In this document: one piece after another, positions 1-11,030 of the stretch
Position numbering within the stretch: the first letter of the stretch is position 1
Layout of the letters: each line of letters opens with the position of its first letter
Origin: Macrostomum lignano
Taxonomy: Eukaryota
Assembly (NCBI GenBank): GCA_002269645.1
Contig: NIVC01000166.1
Span: 634,737-698,736, forward strand
Direction of reading: 5' to 3'
DNA: 64,000 nt
Made by a program: the position numbers and the translations under genes
Notes under the pieces: model-generated
The model's database searches: none
Seen by the model: the letters and a program-made list of their open reading frames with translations, nothing else
Told to the model about the DNA's origin: nothing

Positions 1-840
1 TGGGCCACAATCAGCAGATTCGGCTCCGGGGGTGCATAATGCGCCTGGTTTTGTTGCCAGCATACGAGCGCCACAGCATGAACATAGGAGGAGCCGATCG
101 TGGACACGGACAGCGGTAAGAAGCTCGGTCTCGCATAGAACTGTCTAAACGCTTTGATCTCGCGCAGGTCGCAGTGTCTCCAGGTAGCCAACCAGTTGGT
201 CCAGTCTCTCTGCCCAGTACAGCCTCAAGCAGGTGCTCCTGGGTTCGTAGGCCGCTCGGCAGATTGTGCCGAAGGTCGCAGGCTTCCCTCTGGCGAGTTT
301 TCGTCAACCAGACTTGCGTAGAACTCGCGCAGCTCGTCCAGCTGCAGCCGCGTCACGGGCCACTCAACCATGGTTGCATTGCCGGTCACAATCACTGGCT
401 GAGCCTTGTCCAGAAAGTCGGCTAGAAAAGTGTCCGGTGTGAGCTGTCCGGCAGTCCGATGGGCGGCACTGCTGGTGGCTTCTCACAGGTCGCAATCGCG
501 CGGCTGCAGCAGGTAGGGCGGCAAGTAGATCGGTTGCGCAGCAGACAGAAATCCGTCATCAGATTGCGCCAGTCGAACCAAGGCAGCACCGCTTGCACAA
601 GCAGGATTCGAGCGTGGCTTAAAGCAAAGTACTTGACGCACTGCACTGCACTGCAGTGTCCAGCTGAGAATCAAAACAGGCTGCGACAGCAATGACCAAC
701 TTGCAGCCGTATTTGCGCCACAAATTGACCAGGTAGCAACAAACTAGCTGCCAGGCATGATTTTGCGTACCTTTGCCAGATTTTCTATCGGATTCGATCT
801 GCTTTCCAAGCTGGTCGATAAGCTGGTCGGTGTCGGACAT
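1..840 (-). pseudogene. Disrupted cupin/JmjC-like protein gene (N-terminal TM segment, Cys motif, cupin-like region); runs off the window edge
   Basis: Coding-like blocks on the minus strand are spread over different frames: MSDTDQL..KLVIAV, LLVQAVLPWFDWRNLMTDFCLL, QPRDCDL*EATS..TPDTFLADFLDKAQPVIVTGNATMVEWP, ACDLRHNL..LLEAVL and WTNWLATWRHCDLREIKAFRQFYARPSFLP. The PVIVT..W, W..C and F..FY.RP.FLP motifs resemble an uncharacterised metazoan cupin-like family (recalled, not searched). Several frameshifts and an in-frame TGA are present. Confidence 0.55.
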
Positions 841-1705
841 GACTTGCGGTTTGTATGAATGCAAATCTGACCTGTTTCTCATTTCATTTCAAATTTCTGC
901 TGCAGCAGAGTTTATATATAGGGCATTGCCGAATCAGTTTCTTTGGAAGTGATTTGGAGATGCTGCTCTCGGGAGTAACGGCTTCACCCCCCCCCCGAGA
1001 GGATTCGCCTTATCGCATTCATCCAGACCTTGACTCGCGCTCCACTCAGCCTTCCTTCCTAGTAAATTCTGTGGCGTGACTTCTGCCAAGATTGATAATG
1101 GCTGCTTAGGAAAATCCTTGGCTATATCCACCCGTTTCCTGAATTTTTCCTCAATCTTAATTACTACAGACCGGGATTCTGATGGGCATTTTCCTGTCCC
1201 GGTTTGGTTCGTCTTGGGGGGTCGCAGTTTTGCCTGCCTCTATTTGTTAAACGCAATCTCATTCTTTTGCCTGTCTTTTGTATTTGATAAATGTTTTTCC
1301 GCATGAACGTTTAACTAGCTTGCCTATTGCTGTAACTGTACGCTCTACCCATCAACATTCGTGAGCCTAAAACGAGTAGCCAACCAAATAGCCCAGCTAT
1401 TGTTCTCTACACTGCTGCAACCGTCTATCTTGCACATTGGAAATAGTTTGTTAGACAATTGTGCTCTGGAGTACAAGGGTGAAAACGTACTCGACCCGTG
1501 TAAAAACAACGCAGATATTGCACGCTCAGTGGTTGCATGCAATGTAGTTTAATTTTTACAGCGATGATAACTTTTTTACATCAGGGAAGCTAATTTTATC
1601 TTTAAAGATATAACCCTTCCGATCCAGGGTTACACAAGTTTTTTTAGTCGACAAGGTTATTACATTTACCGAGTTTTTACGCGTTTCAAAGCTTTCAACA
1701 ATCGC

Positions 1706-3110
1706 ATGGCTCAATTCACTGTGCTTCAAAGTCGCTGGATGGTTTTGGCTTTAGTGATTTTGGCTATGTTGTCAATTTGCAACGCGCAGGATTCCTGTAA
1801 GCTTATTGTTGCTATCATTTCTACAAATCCAACTGCCGATTCACGCGTATCCCTCTCCGATTTCAGCGTCAACAACCCTGTTGATAGAAGATTCAACAAT
1901 CAGAGACGAAACTGATGGGTTCACTAGTGCAACATCATCAGCCTCTGCTTCAGAAGACACCACAGAAGCTTTAAAATCGCCCACAGAAGCTTCCAAATCG
2001 ACCACAGAACCTTCCACGTCAACCACAGAACCTTCCACGTCAACCACAGAACCTTCCACGTCAACCACAGAACCTTCCACGTCAACCACAGAACCTTCCA
2101 CGTCAACTACAGAACCTTTCACGTCAACCACAGAACCTTCTTTGTCAACCACCGAACCGTCAACCACAGAACCTTCCACGTCAAACACAGAACCGTCAAC
2201 CACAGAACCTTCCACGTCAACCACAGAACCTTCCACGTCAACCACAGAACCTTCCACGTCAACCACAGAACCTTCCACGTCAACCACAGAACCTTCCACG
2301 TCAACCACAGAACCGTCTACGTCAACCACAGAACCTTCCACGTCAACCACAGAACCATCCACGTCAACCACAGAACCGTCCACGTCAACCACAGAACCTT
2401 CCACGTCAACCACAGAACCATCCACGTCAACCACAAAAGAATCCACATCGACTATAAAACCTTCTACGTCAACCACTTCAACTTCCACATCGACAACTCC
2501 AACTTCTACATCGACCACTTCAACTTCCACATCGACAACTCCAACGTCTACATCGACCACTTCAACTTCTACATCGACAACTCCAACGTCTACATCGACC
2601 ACTTCAACTTCTACATCGACCACTTCAACTTCTACATCGACTAGTGAAATTTCGACCACTGCAGTAGCTTCAGCATCAGCCGTTGCAAGAACTACGTCGA
2701 CCAAAAATCCTCCAATCATTTACGGTACCTTATTTTCGTTGTGCATTTACCGTGCTTTAAAAAAATTAAATCCAACTGCAAACGAACTGATCAAATTTTA
2801 TGACAAAACTTACCTGTACATTTCAGACACACCCAAATCAACCATTCTCTACATTGTATTGGGCGTTCTCGTACCGCTATTTCTGATAGCTTTGGCTGCT
2901 TCACTGACGTATATTTTCATTCGAAGATCCCGTTTACAGGTATCCAGTGCACTTTATCTTAATATGTTTGTAGCAATCTAATAGAATACTCTATTAAATG
3001 TCAAATCGATTTAAATTGCAGCAGCAACCGAAAGACCCTGAACTGCAAGATGAAACCATCAGTCGAAGGCACCGCTCGTTAATCGTCGAGATGAGGACAC
3101 TGATTCGGTA
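1706..3110 (+). CDS. Mucin-like type I membrane protein (signal peptide, S/T-rich TEPSTST repeats, one TM helix, short cytoplasmic tail)
   Basis: Exons 1706-1796, 1867-2724 and 2827-2939 join in frame via GT-AG introns; a probable fourth exon starts at about 3022 and its end is uncertain. Signal peptide MAQF..LSICNA; TM segment ILYIVLGVLVPLFLIALAASLTYIFI followed by RRSR. Confidence 0.75.
2003..2435 (+). repeat. Coding 21-bp tandem repeat (ACAGAACCTTCCACGTCAACC = TEPSTST), about 20 units
   Basis: Directly visible periodicity inside the mucin exon; followed by a second T/S repeat type to about 2640. Confidence 0.95.
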
Positions 3111-3235
3111 TGATTTGAATCGTAGTTGATTTGGCTTTCGATTCATTAGCTATTCGATCACTTAATTGAAATTATATGGGAACTCCGACTAGGCATTTAC
3201 TCAAGGATGAGCTGTAGCATTCCCAAGCTTGTATC

Positions 3236-3395
3236 GCGCAGTGAGACAAGCTCTTGTTTCACTTGTCTCACTTGTTTCACTTGTCTTCACTTGTCTTCAC
3301 TTGTCTTCACTTGTCTTCACTTGTTTCACTTGTTTCACTTGTTTCACTTGTCTCACTCGCGCAGTGAGACAAGTGAGACAAGACAAGTTCAAGCT
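3236..3395. repeat. Short CACTTGT(C/T)TT-type tandem repeat with a fold-back hairpin
   Basis: 9-10 bp units. CACTTGTCTCACT (3345-3357) and AGTGAGACAAGTG (3363-3375) form a perfect 13-bp stem. CGCGCAGTGAGACAAG occurs at both ends of the array. Confidence 0.8.
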
Positions 3396-3410
3396 CTTGC
3401 AGATGCATCT

Positions 3411-3633
3411 GTCTGAAGGCTGCGTACGGCTGTTCAGTCCAAGGACTGGGGGGTCGCCACACACACCCTCAATTACCCCAGCTAATGCTGGCACCCATTT
3501 TGCAGCTGGGTGAACTGAAGCAGTGCAGAGTTAGGCTAGGTGCCTTGCTCAAGGACACAAATTGTCCCAGTTGGATCGGGAATCGAACCCCGACCTTCAA
3601 GTCGTGAGCCCGACGCTCTAACCACCAGGCTAC
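3411..3633 (-). mobile_element. tRNA-derived CORE-type SINE, copy 1 (3'-truncated)
   Basis: The minus strand starts with a tRNA-like head (GTAGCCTGGTGGTTAGAGCG..GGTTCGATTCCCG). A TGTCCTTGAGCAAGGCAC..CTTCAGTTCACCCAGCTG..AATGGGTGCCAGC core follows. Homologous to 17230-17523 and 35435-35733. Confidence 0.85.
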
Positions 3634-4270
3634 AACCCCTAGATGTCTTGCAAGCTTTTATTAGAAAGTAACTTCCGTTGTATGTACTTGGGGGTACTTA
3701 CTGTCAACTGTTCTCATTTTCAAGTCTGTCAACACGTGGCACTAGTAGAGTAAGTGGGTAATCAAAATTATGGAAAATTGATGTTCTAATTTGACATGCA
3801 AAGTGGTAAAACGTGCAACCGCTAATGAATCGCATACTAACTTTCTGATTGGGCGGACTAGAACTATGAACCCATGCTTGTTAATTGCTATGCAGTTTAC
3901 TGAACTATAAGCGGCATTTTTGCATTCCTTCACTTTCATTTCAGACATACAGAGTTGCGGATTTGGCCATTACGGATTCGAATCTGGCTAACCAGAGTTC
4001 ACCTGAATTTGTGATGACTACTTTTAAATAATTGATTGATGAAAACTGATAATGATTCATACGGAAGGAATTCATTCAAAACAGTTTTGTTTGTAAGGTT
4101 TTTCATATATGAAACGTTCAGTCTTCTACGTTTTGCTCACGTGGAAAGTAAACGGATCTCGCTTTGCTAATATTGTTTATAAATTTCTGTCTGGTCACCA
4201 GTTATTTTTACGTCCTGCTCAATCTATTTTTTCAATTGCTAGCAAGCACTTTATTCTGAGAGTGAGTTTT

Positions 4271-5003
4271 AGGTGATACTGAGAATAGATCACAGGTGAT
4301 ACTGAAAATAGATCACAGGTGATACTGAGAATAGATCACAGAAGATACTGAGAATAGATCACAGGTGATACTGAGAATAGATCACAGAAGATACTGAGAA
4401 TAGATCACAGGTGATACTGAGAATAGATCACAGAAGATACTGAGAATAGATCACAGGTGATACTGATAATAGATCACAGAAGATACTGAGAATAGATCAC
4501 AGGTGATACTGATAATAGATCACAGAAGATACTGAGAATAGATCACAGGTGATACTGAGAATAGATCACAGAAGATACTGAGAATAGATCACAGGTGATA
4601 CTGAGAATAGATCACAGAAGATACTGAGAATAGATCACAGGTGATACTGAGAATAGATCACAGAAGATACTGAGAATAGATCACAGGTGATACTGAGAAT
4701 AGAGGACAGGTGATACTGAGAATAGGTCACAGGTGATACTGAGAATAGAGGACAGGTGATACTGAGAATAGGTCACAGGTGATACTGAGAATAGATCACA
4801 GGTGATACTGAGAATAGGTCACAGGTGATACTGAGAATAGATCATAGGTGATACTGAGAATAGATCACAAGAAATACTGAGAATAGATCACAGGTGATAA
4901 TGAGAGTAGGTCACAGGTGATACTGAGAATAGATCACAAGAAATACTGAGAATAGATCACAGGTGATAATGAGAGTAGGTCACAGGTGATACTGAGAATA
5001 GAT
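4271..5003. repeat. 23-bp minisatellite (AGGTGATACTGAGAATAGATCAC), about 32 units, GGT/GAA variants alternating as a 46-bp higher-order unit
   Basis: Directly visible periodicity; no spacers. Confidence 0.97.
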
Positions 5004-5829
5004 TAAAGGTATAGATTGGAGCGAAATACAGGTCTATTCGGTAGTCTACTAAGAACAAAAAGTAATCTGAAGGTAATCATGAAGTAATCTGCATTTCATC
5101 GTCTGAGCATCATTAGACGCAGGGCCTATAAATACTCGTAGCACCGCTCTAGTACTTGTAGTAGTAGTACCGAACTAGAATAGCTTGGCTGTACTTCTCG
5201 TGTCTTTAAAAAGCAGATTATCTGGAATCCGAAGGAGAAACCAATGTGTACTAAGCTTTTGCACTCGAAACACAAGTTGAACTTGCAGGTTTCAGGAAGC
5301 TCTGACCTCTGACACACTGCTGAAATTGGACGTCAATATCGAGTGTGCAGATTCTAAACTCAGCAACAGCTAAACCCCCCCCACTCAACGCTTTCACATC
5401 AGACACGGAACTCCATCGAGCATCTCTAAGACTTTATAAAGCAAAGAGTTCACTGTTGCGACAAAGGGCTCTGAATGCATTGCAGCAGCTGTTCCAAGAG
5501 TTCACCAACCGGCTGGTGATCAGGATGCTACTACGAGCGATGGCACTTTTTGCATGCTGTTGGTTCCCACACACGATACTGGGGCAGCTGTTGCTGAGTA
5601 TACGCACTCAGACATACATACATACAGTCAAACAAGAGCATTGGTACAGCGATTAACTTCAGCTCACTTACACTGCAAATGACGAAATTGATATCCAACA
5701 GACAGACGCTCGGGCGCTCGGGCGCAAAATACACTCACGAACATTGAAAAGTATCCACACTGATCTAGTGAGCCATTTCATAACCGACTGTGCATTATCA
5801 ATAGGCAGTTGGTGATCAGCTTGACTTGG

Positions 5830-6320
5830 TGGTCTCTCAACTTGAAAACTCCATCAAAAGTTGCCATTTGACTGCGGAAAATTAGCAGTGCTGTTGAAGC
5901 CTTAAGTCATGGCTGAGAACTGAGGAAGCCTCTTGGCGTTGGGTCTCCTGTAGAATTCGATGCAAATGGCTCGTGCAGTATAGCTTTATAAGCACGAGTG
6001 CATCCTAAACGATACGCAGACTTGCTTATTTGGATTTCTAGAATCTAGAAGGAGAGATCTATATAAGGCGCGTCCGCCAGCGTGCTCGACAGTCCTTAGC
6101 GAGGTGCTTCGATTGCAGGTCTTGCCTACCGCTGCGCTGCAGCTGCGGTGGCCGAAGTTATCGCAGTGGATGCGCTTTAGCTGTTTGTTGTGTGATCGGC
6201 TGTCTGCGTGGCTGACCTGTGCGGCTGCTCTGGCAGGCTGGACTTACCAGTACGCTTCTGCAGCCGTTGCACGGTCGCCGTGCTGGTCTCCATCACGCTG
6301 GCCTGCGCTTCCATATGGAG
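5830..6320 (-). mobile_element. Decayed Ty3/Gypsy internal fragments (gag zinc-knuckle-like and integrase-like remnants)
   Basis: Minus-strand translations HCDNFGHRSCSAAVGKTCN / KHLAKDCRAR (about 6060-6170) resemble the Gypsy gag double knuckle. STANFPQSNG (about 5850-5880) resembles the integrase S(P)xxPQSNG motif. Both are broken by stops and frameshifts. Confidence 0.4.
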
Positions 6321-6323
6321 ATA

Positions 6324-6785
6324 ATGGAGCCGTCGACTCTATGCTGGAGGTCGCTGGGGGATCCTGGATCTGAAGTACAAAACAGTGACGTCAAATAAAA
6401 TCCACTGCTTGGCTCAAAAACTATCAGCTATCATGCTAAATGGAAGCAGCATGAAACAAAACGGGTCACCCACCCAGAGCATCGGCAGACTCGCGTCCTT
6501 CTCGTGTCGACACTTCCTGCAGGCGTCCTTGCCGCCCCGGTCGCACTGCAGCAGGGCGCAGTCACCCGTCTCGGCGTCGAAGGAGGCCGCGTGAGCCTCG
6601 GATGCTGACGATATCATCAAACAGTCGATAATATTTGGAACCTTGAGCACAGTGATCAGCTTGTACTCGATGATGTCGCCTCGGAGCTGCTTCCACTTCG
6701 ATCGGCATCCGGCAGAGACGGTCGGCAGTGACAAAAAACAGCAGGTAGCCACGTACAGCAGAAGTCGCGCTGACGGAACCATCAT
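6324..6785 (-). pseudogene. 5' half of a PAN-like/FReD paralog: intact exon 1 plus a truncated, frameshifted start of exon 2
   Basis: Exon 6785-6474 is 312 nt, the same length and phase-0 LW|GT boundary as the intact gene at 12100-11789. It encodes a signal peptide and CL..A.FD..G.C.LL.C.RG...CRKCR. After the acceptor at 6370, CTCCAGCATAGAGTCGACGGCTCCAT matches the FReD exon start but sits 7 nt out of register, and homology stops there. Confidence 0.75.
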
Positions 6786-6935
6786 CTGCTCGGATCGCAG
6801 CGAGTTTTTCGAATAATTCCAGTAAGCTGTCTTACTGAAAAATGCGGACCTGCCAGTCACCGCAGCCTGTATGAGTATGGTTACTCAACTCAAAGTTTTT
6901 CAGAGCGCAGCTTCCTGCTGAATATTTTGTACATG

Positions 6936-8917
6936 TGATGAGGATGCACTTTTTTCCAAACTTCACGCTCGCACATGGGCTCCAAACTTACTAGCCTACT
7001 AACAACAAGCTAGGGGCATCTTTTCTTCTCTTTATGTCATTTTCCTAGAATTCATACTAGCTATATGATTTTGCCATACTTGTAGTTATAATAACATAGG
7101 TGCGGCTTTTGGTCATAAATCATTGCTTTCGAGCTGGTCTGACAGCCACCTGCGCCTCACTCAATACTGAGACTGGTGCCAGATGGTCTGAGAGGATGCG
7201 GGCGGTAGCTTTTTCTCATCATTTTGACAGGCCATCAAGATTTATGAGGTCAGGGCCTATTGTTGTGTTTACTCAAGCGTGTGACAGCTTTGACAGCTAT
7301 TCGTTTTACCCCAAAAAGTACTTTGGGATTTGCAATTAGCGATTTCACTTCATTATCTTCACTTTCTACTTAATAAAAGCTTTCTAATGTATATTTTTCA
7401 TTATTTTTTGTCAATCCTACGCGAAAGGTCATAAATCATTATGTAGCGATTTTGAGTGATTTATGACCGCACCTGTCGTATTTTTATGGCCCCGACGGAA
7501 CTGATAGTATCTTCTGGTCACGTGAGTTTGGGTGGCAACAAGCTCAGCCAATCAGAAAATTCGACGTGCGTTTTAACAAATCGGCTCAGCCAATCAGCGT
7601 CGAGGTGTTCCATTATAACAAATTGCGGTCCAGTTGGCGGCTATTTAAACCAGTGTTTTTGGCCTGCTCGGACCCAACATCCTGCTCCTCCTCCTGGGAC
7701 CTTGGCCTAACTTAGACCTCCCGGAGCTCGACCGTCGTCTCTTAATCTTCAGATCGCGACTCCCCCATCATCATCAAGGACAAATCCCCCCGGTCGTCAG
7801 CAGCGAACATCAAGATTAAGAACATCACCCGCTAGCTATGTGACATCAGCATCATCCCGGGCCTACAGCTGCGAAGCACTAAGCCGATTCAGTCACTGTG
7901 GTTTACCTGGTCTCCGGCTGTTGAGTTTCTGATTGGTTGGGTGAGAGGCTACCTAGACTTGCTTGATTGGGTGATTCCCTGTCTGTCCCCTGTTTCAGTA
8001 GCTGGATTAGGCGCACACTTTTGCTCATTTTGTTCAGTAGTGCTGTTATCGAGGCAGAAATCATTCAATAATACTGTTAGTAGTCTGAGATTCCAATTCA
8101 ATCTGAAGTGTGAAGTGATTTAAGGAGAAGGTTAAATCTGACAGTTATTTTTATCGGTTTTATTTCTTTGTTCGCCGATGACTCAGATGAGTACCTAAGC
8201 TAGTAGGCGCCGGTCACAGTGGACCACTGACAAGGCGGTTCTCAGTCGATCAATCTATCAAATCAGTGAGCAAAATTGCCAATAGTGCAAAATCGGCGCT
8301 AGAGATGTACTCTGTGCACTCTAGGTTCGCCAAGCGGCTCGGGTGATGAATCATGCGGTCTCTGAAGTTCGAGTTAGCCTATCATCAGGGCTATGAGAGG
8401 CTAGTTGGCGCGTTGAAGGCCAAAAGTACAATTCCTCGTAGTTAGCAATGTAATAGTACATGTAACTACCCCATAGTCTCGCCACTGCAAGAATCCCCTG
8501 CACAAGTCCCCTCTGTACCTGCATGGCCAATGCGATCGAGTCCCAGCGGTGTCCCTAATCATCGGCTATGACTTCGAGATTGACAGCAAAAAGACACTAG
8601 TCGGCAGGTAAGTGCAAAGCCCCTTCTAGTCGGAAGCCCGATTTCGAAAGTTCAGGGTTTGGTGAGCCAGAACGCACGGGCTGGTGGCAGCGGGTTAGCT
8701 AATCTGCGGATTGGCTAATCTCTACCTTCAAAATTCTCCCTGCTTGTCTCTCGCTGTCCCTCCCTTAGCTATAGGACCTTGACTGCTCGCCACAGATCAA
8801 GCTACCATGGGGCTGACCATCTGACAGGAGTGGGAGGCCAGGATTCTAATGGATTCATTTCTGAGACCTGAGGCCCGAAGGCTTCCACAAAGGAGCCGAA
8901 AAGGCCGAAACCCATGA
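6936..8917 (+). mobile_element. ~1.98 kb solo-LTR-like element, copy A (4-bp TSD CATG)
   Basis: Starts TGATG and ends CATGA (CATCA in copy B), flanked by CATG on both sides. Collinear along its length with the reverse complement of 40083-42077. Contains CCAAT boxes and a TATTTAAA; no long ORF. Confidence 0.85.
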
Positions 8918-9570
8918 CATGTATTTATACAGCACATCGACAGGCTTTCAATGCGGCATGAACTGAGACTGAGTTTTCTGATTTCTATTGACTGACTTGA
9001 CAGCTGAGGCGTTTATTTAGTGAGCAGAAACTGCTTTGAATTTGTTGCTTTTGTCTTCTCGCCTTTCAGCTTTCAGAGACAACAGTAAACATGTTCTGGG
9101 TGAATTGTCACGGATGCATGACGCTTTTACGCATGGCGCCATTGTCAATTGCAAAGTTTTCTCTGACAATGCCGATCGAAGTGACACTGGATTCGGGCTG
9201 TTATGCTTCACGGCAAAGCCTTTTTACAGCTTCTTTACGAAAATCATCCATCAGCGACGCTTTTTTTGCTGCTTTGCATTTTGTTTAGCGCAATCATCCT
9301 TTGAAAGGGTTGCATTGTCTGTCTTATTTGGCTCACTCGCAAGGCTTTCACTGATTGCTTTTAGTAGAAATTCTAGTGAGAGTTCCAGCCGGGGCTCCCT
9401 TTGATTTGTGAATCAGCCTACCGACTGTCACCTGTACCGGTCTGCGCATTATCGATTCGCATGTGATTTATATGTCATTATGATTTAATTAGTTAAGTAA
9501 ATTCGGTACATTAAGTCCTATACAAGCACAGAATAATGTTACCCGCTACAGTCAATAGCCCAATAGCTAC

Positions 9571-10080
9571 ACGGCTCCGTCAGCTTCAACCGGAACTGGT
9601 CGGAGTACTCGAGCGGATTCGGTCAGGGCGAGAGTCTCAACTACTGGATGGGACTGGAGCAGCTCCACCAGCTCACCGCCACTGGAGTGTGGAGAGTCCG
9701 TTGCGAGTTCAGCAACTGGAACGACACCTGGTACTGGGCTGAGAATGCTCCGTTCTCTGTAGGCTCATCTGCTCGATGGGACCGCTGGACTTGAGCAGGT
9801 CGAGTGTGGGATAACGCGCAGAAGTACTCTTATCAGCGAACAACCAGCAGTTCAGCACATCCGAATCTGATCATGATGATTTGAGTAGCGGCAGTTGCGC
9901 TCAGATACGGGCTACTGGTTGGTTGTTCGGTCATTGAAATGCCTTTAATCCAAATGGAATGCATCAGCTGCCGCCCGCTACGGCTGAAGGCATAGGAATA
10001 TAGTATACTACTATCTCCCATACACGGGCACTGAATACAATACATACTACTCAATGAAAACATTCGAGTGGCTGATTCAA
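9571..10080 (+). pseudogene. FReD exon remnant (3' part of exon 2), inverted relative to the intact gene
   Basis: Nucleotide match to 11031-11560 (e.g. TCAGCTTCAACCGGAACTGGTCGGAGTACTCGAGCGGATTCGG). It has an internal deletion near 9770, in-frame stops (e.g. GGTCATTGA in place of GHC), and lacks the 5' end of the exon. Confidence 0.9.
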
Positions 10081-10266
10081 TGATTGGAACCAAGAGTTTT
10101 CAGCGTTTCTGAAAGTTGAGCGTCGTTAGCCAAAGCTCGTGGTCCTCGGATATTCCCCAATACGAATGAGCGTTCTAATTAACTTTATGTCCAATGCTCG
10201 AAATAGATTTTTTTGTCCTGAAAAGAATCCTAGTAAAATCCGCTTTCATATCCCTTCTGTTTTATA

Positions 10267-10641
10267 TGTCGTAACGGATCGGGTCCCCAACCCCAGTACT
10301 ATGAGCGTATGAAGTAAAGTTACGATATGTAGGAACCAGGCGTTGGCGCTTTGGATAGAAAGAATACGCCAGGCATTTGGACGCGCTAACAATACTTATC
10401 GCTCCCTCTGGCGTAGGGATGCACAGAGTAGAGCCTGCATGGGTCCAGAGGCGTTAAGACGCAGAGCAGAGCACCAGAGGTGTTGAGACGTGCAGTAGAC
10501 CTTCTATTTCTAAACAAATTTTCAAGTATTTGAGTAGCTGGGGCTCGAATGTCTCAGGAGTAGAGACGCGCAGACCACGAGAGAATAGCTAGACTATCTT
10601 ATACAATATTTAAATATCGACGATTCTGCACATATGTGACA
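10267..10641. mobile_element. Possible small solo LTR (375 bp)
   Basis: A GC-richer block bounded by TGTC..GACA. The putative TSD is imperfect (TATA/TGTA) and no second copy lies in the window. Confidence 0.3.
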
Positions 10642-11030
10642 TGTACTGTACACCTCTCGCTACGCAATATACGAGTCACGTAAAAAGTGAAATATGCCTA
10701 CTTTTTATGCATTTTGACTAGCATAGAATTTACTTCAGTATTGGGTGCGTTGCAAATATAAAGTTAAGCAAGAGAAAGCCATGAATTTGATTTTTTAAAG
10801 CTCATTAGCTAGGATTCTTCATTGGCTCAGGCGGTATACTTAAACTATCTCACAGGTTTTTCAGCTCACTAGGTTTTTGCATATAACAAGCAAACTTGTC
10901 GTAACCTTGTTGTAAATCAAGTTGTGACAGAATTTATCACTCTTCGTCAATAAACTTTCATTGTTGACATGTACCGAACAGTAACTTCTGTTGGTCCTCC
11001 TTGGTGTAGGATATAGTAGCAGCTATAAGC

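Noticed and set aside
483-485. In-frame TGA in DCDL*E as a possible selenocysteine (CxxU)
   Set aside because: The same gene has several frameshifts, so decay or sequence error is more parsimonious; no SECIS can be assessed because the 3' end is outside the window.
1841-2719. 292-aa minus-strand ORF of VDVEGSV repeats
   Set aside because: It is the antisense shadow of the mucin repeat; the plus strand has the signal peptide, TM helix and splice sites.
4271-5003. Regular 23-25 bp repeats here and at 55990-57330 as CRISPR arrays
   Set aside because: Units are head-to-tail with no unique spacers, there are no cas genes, and the context is eukaryotic and intronic.
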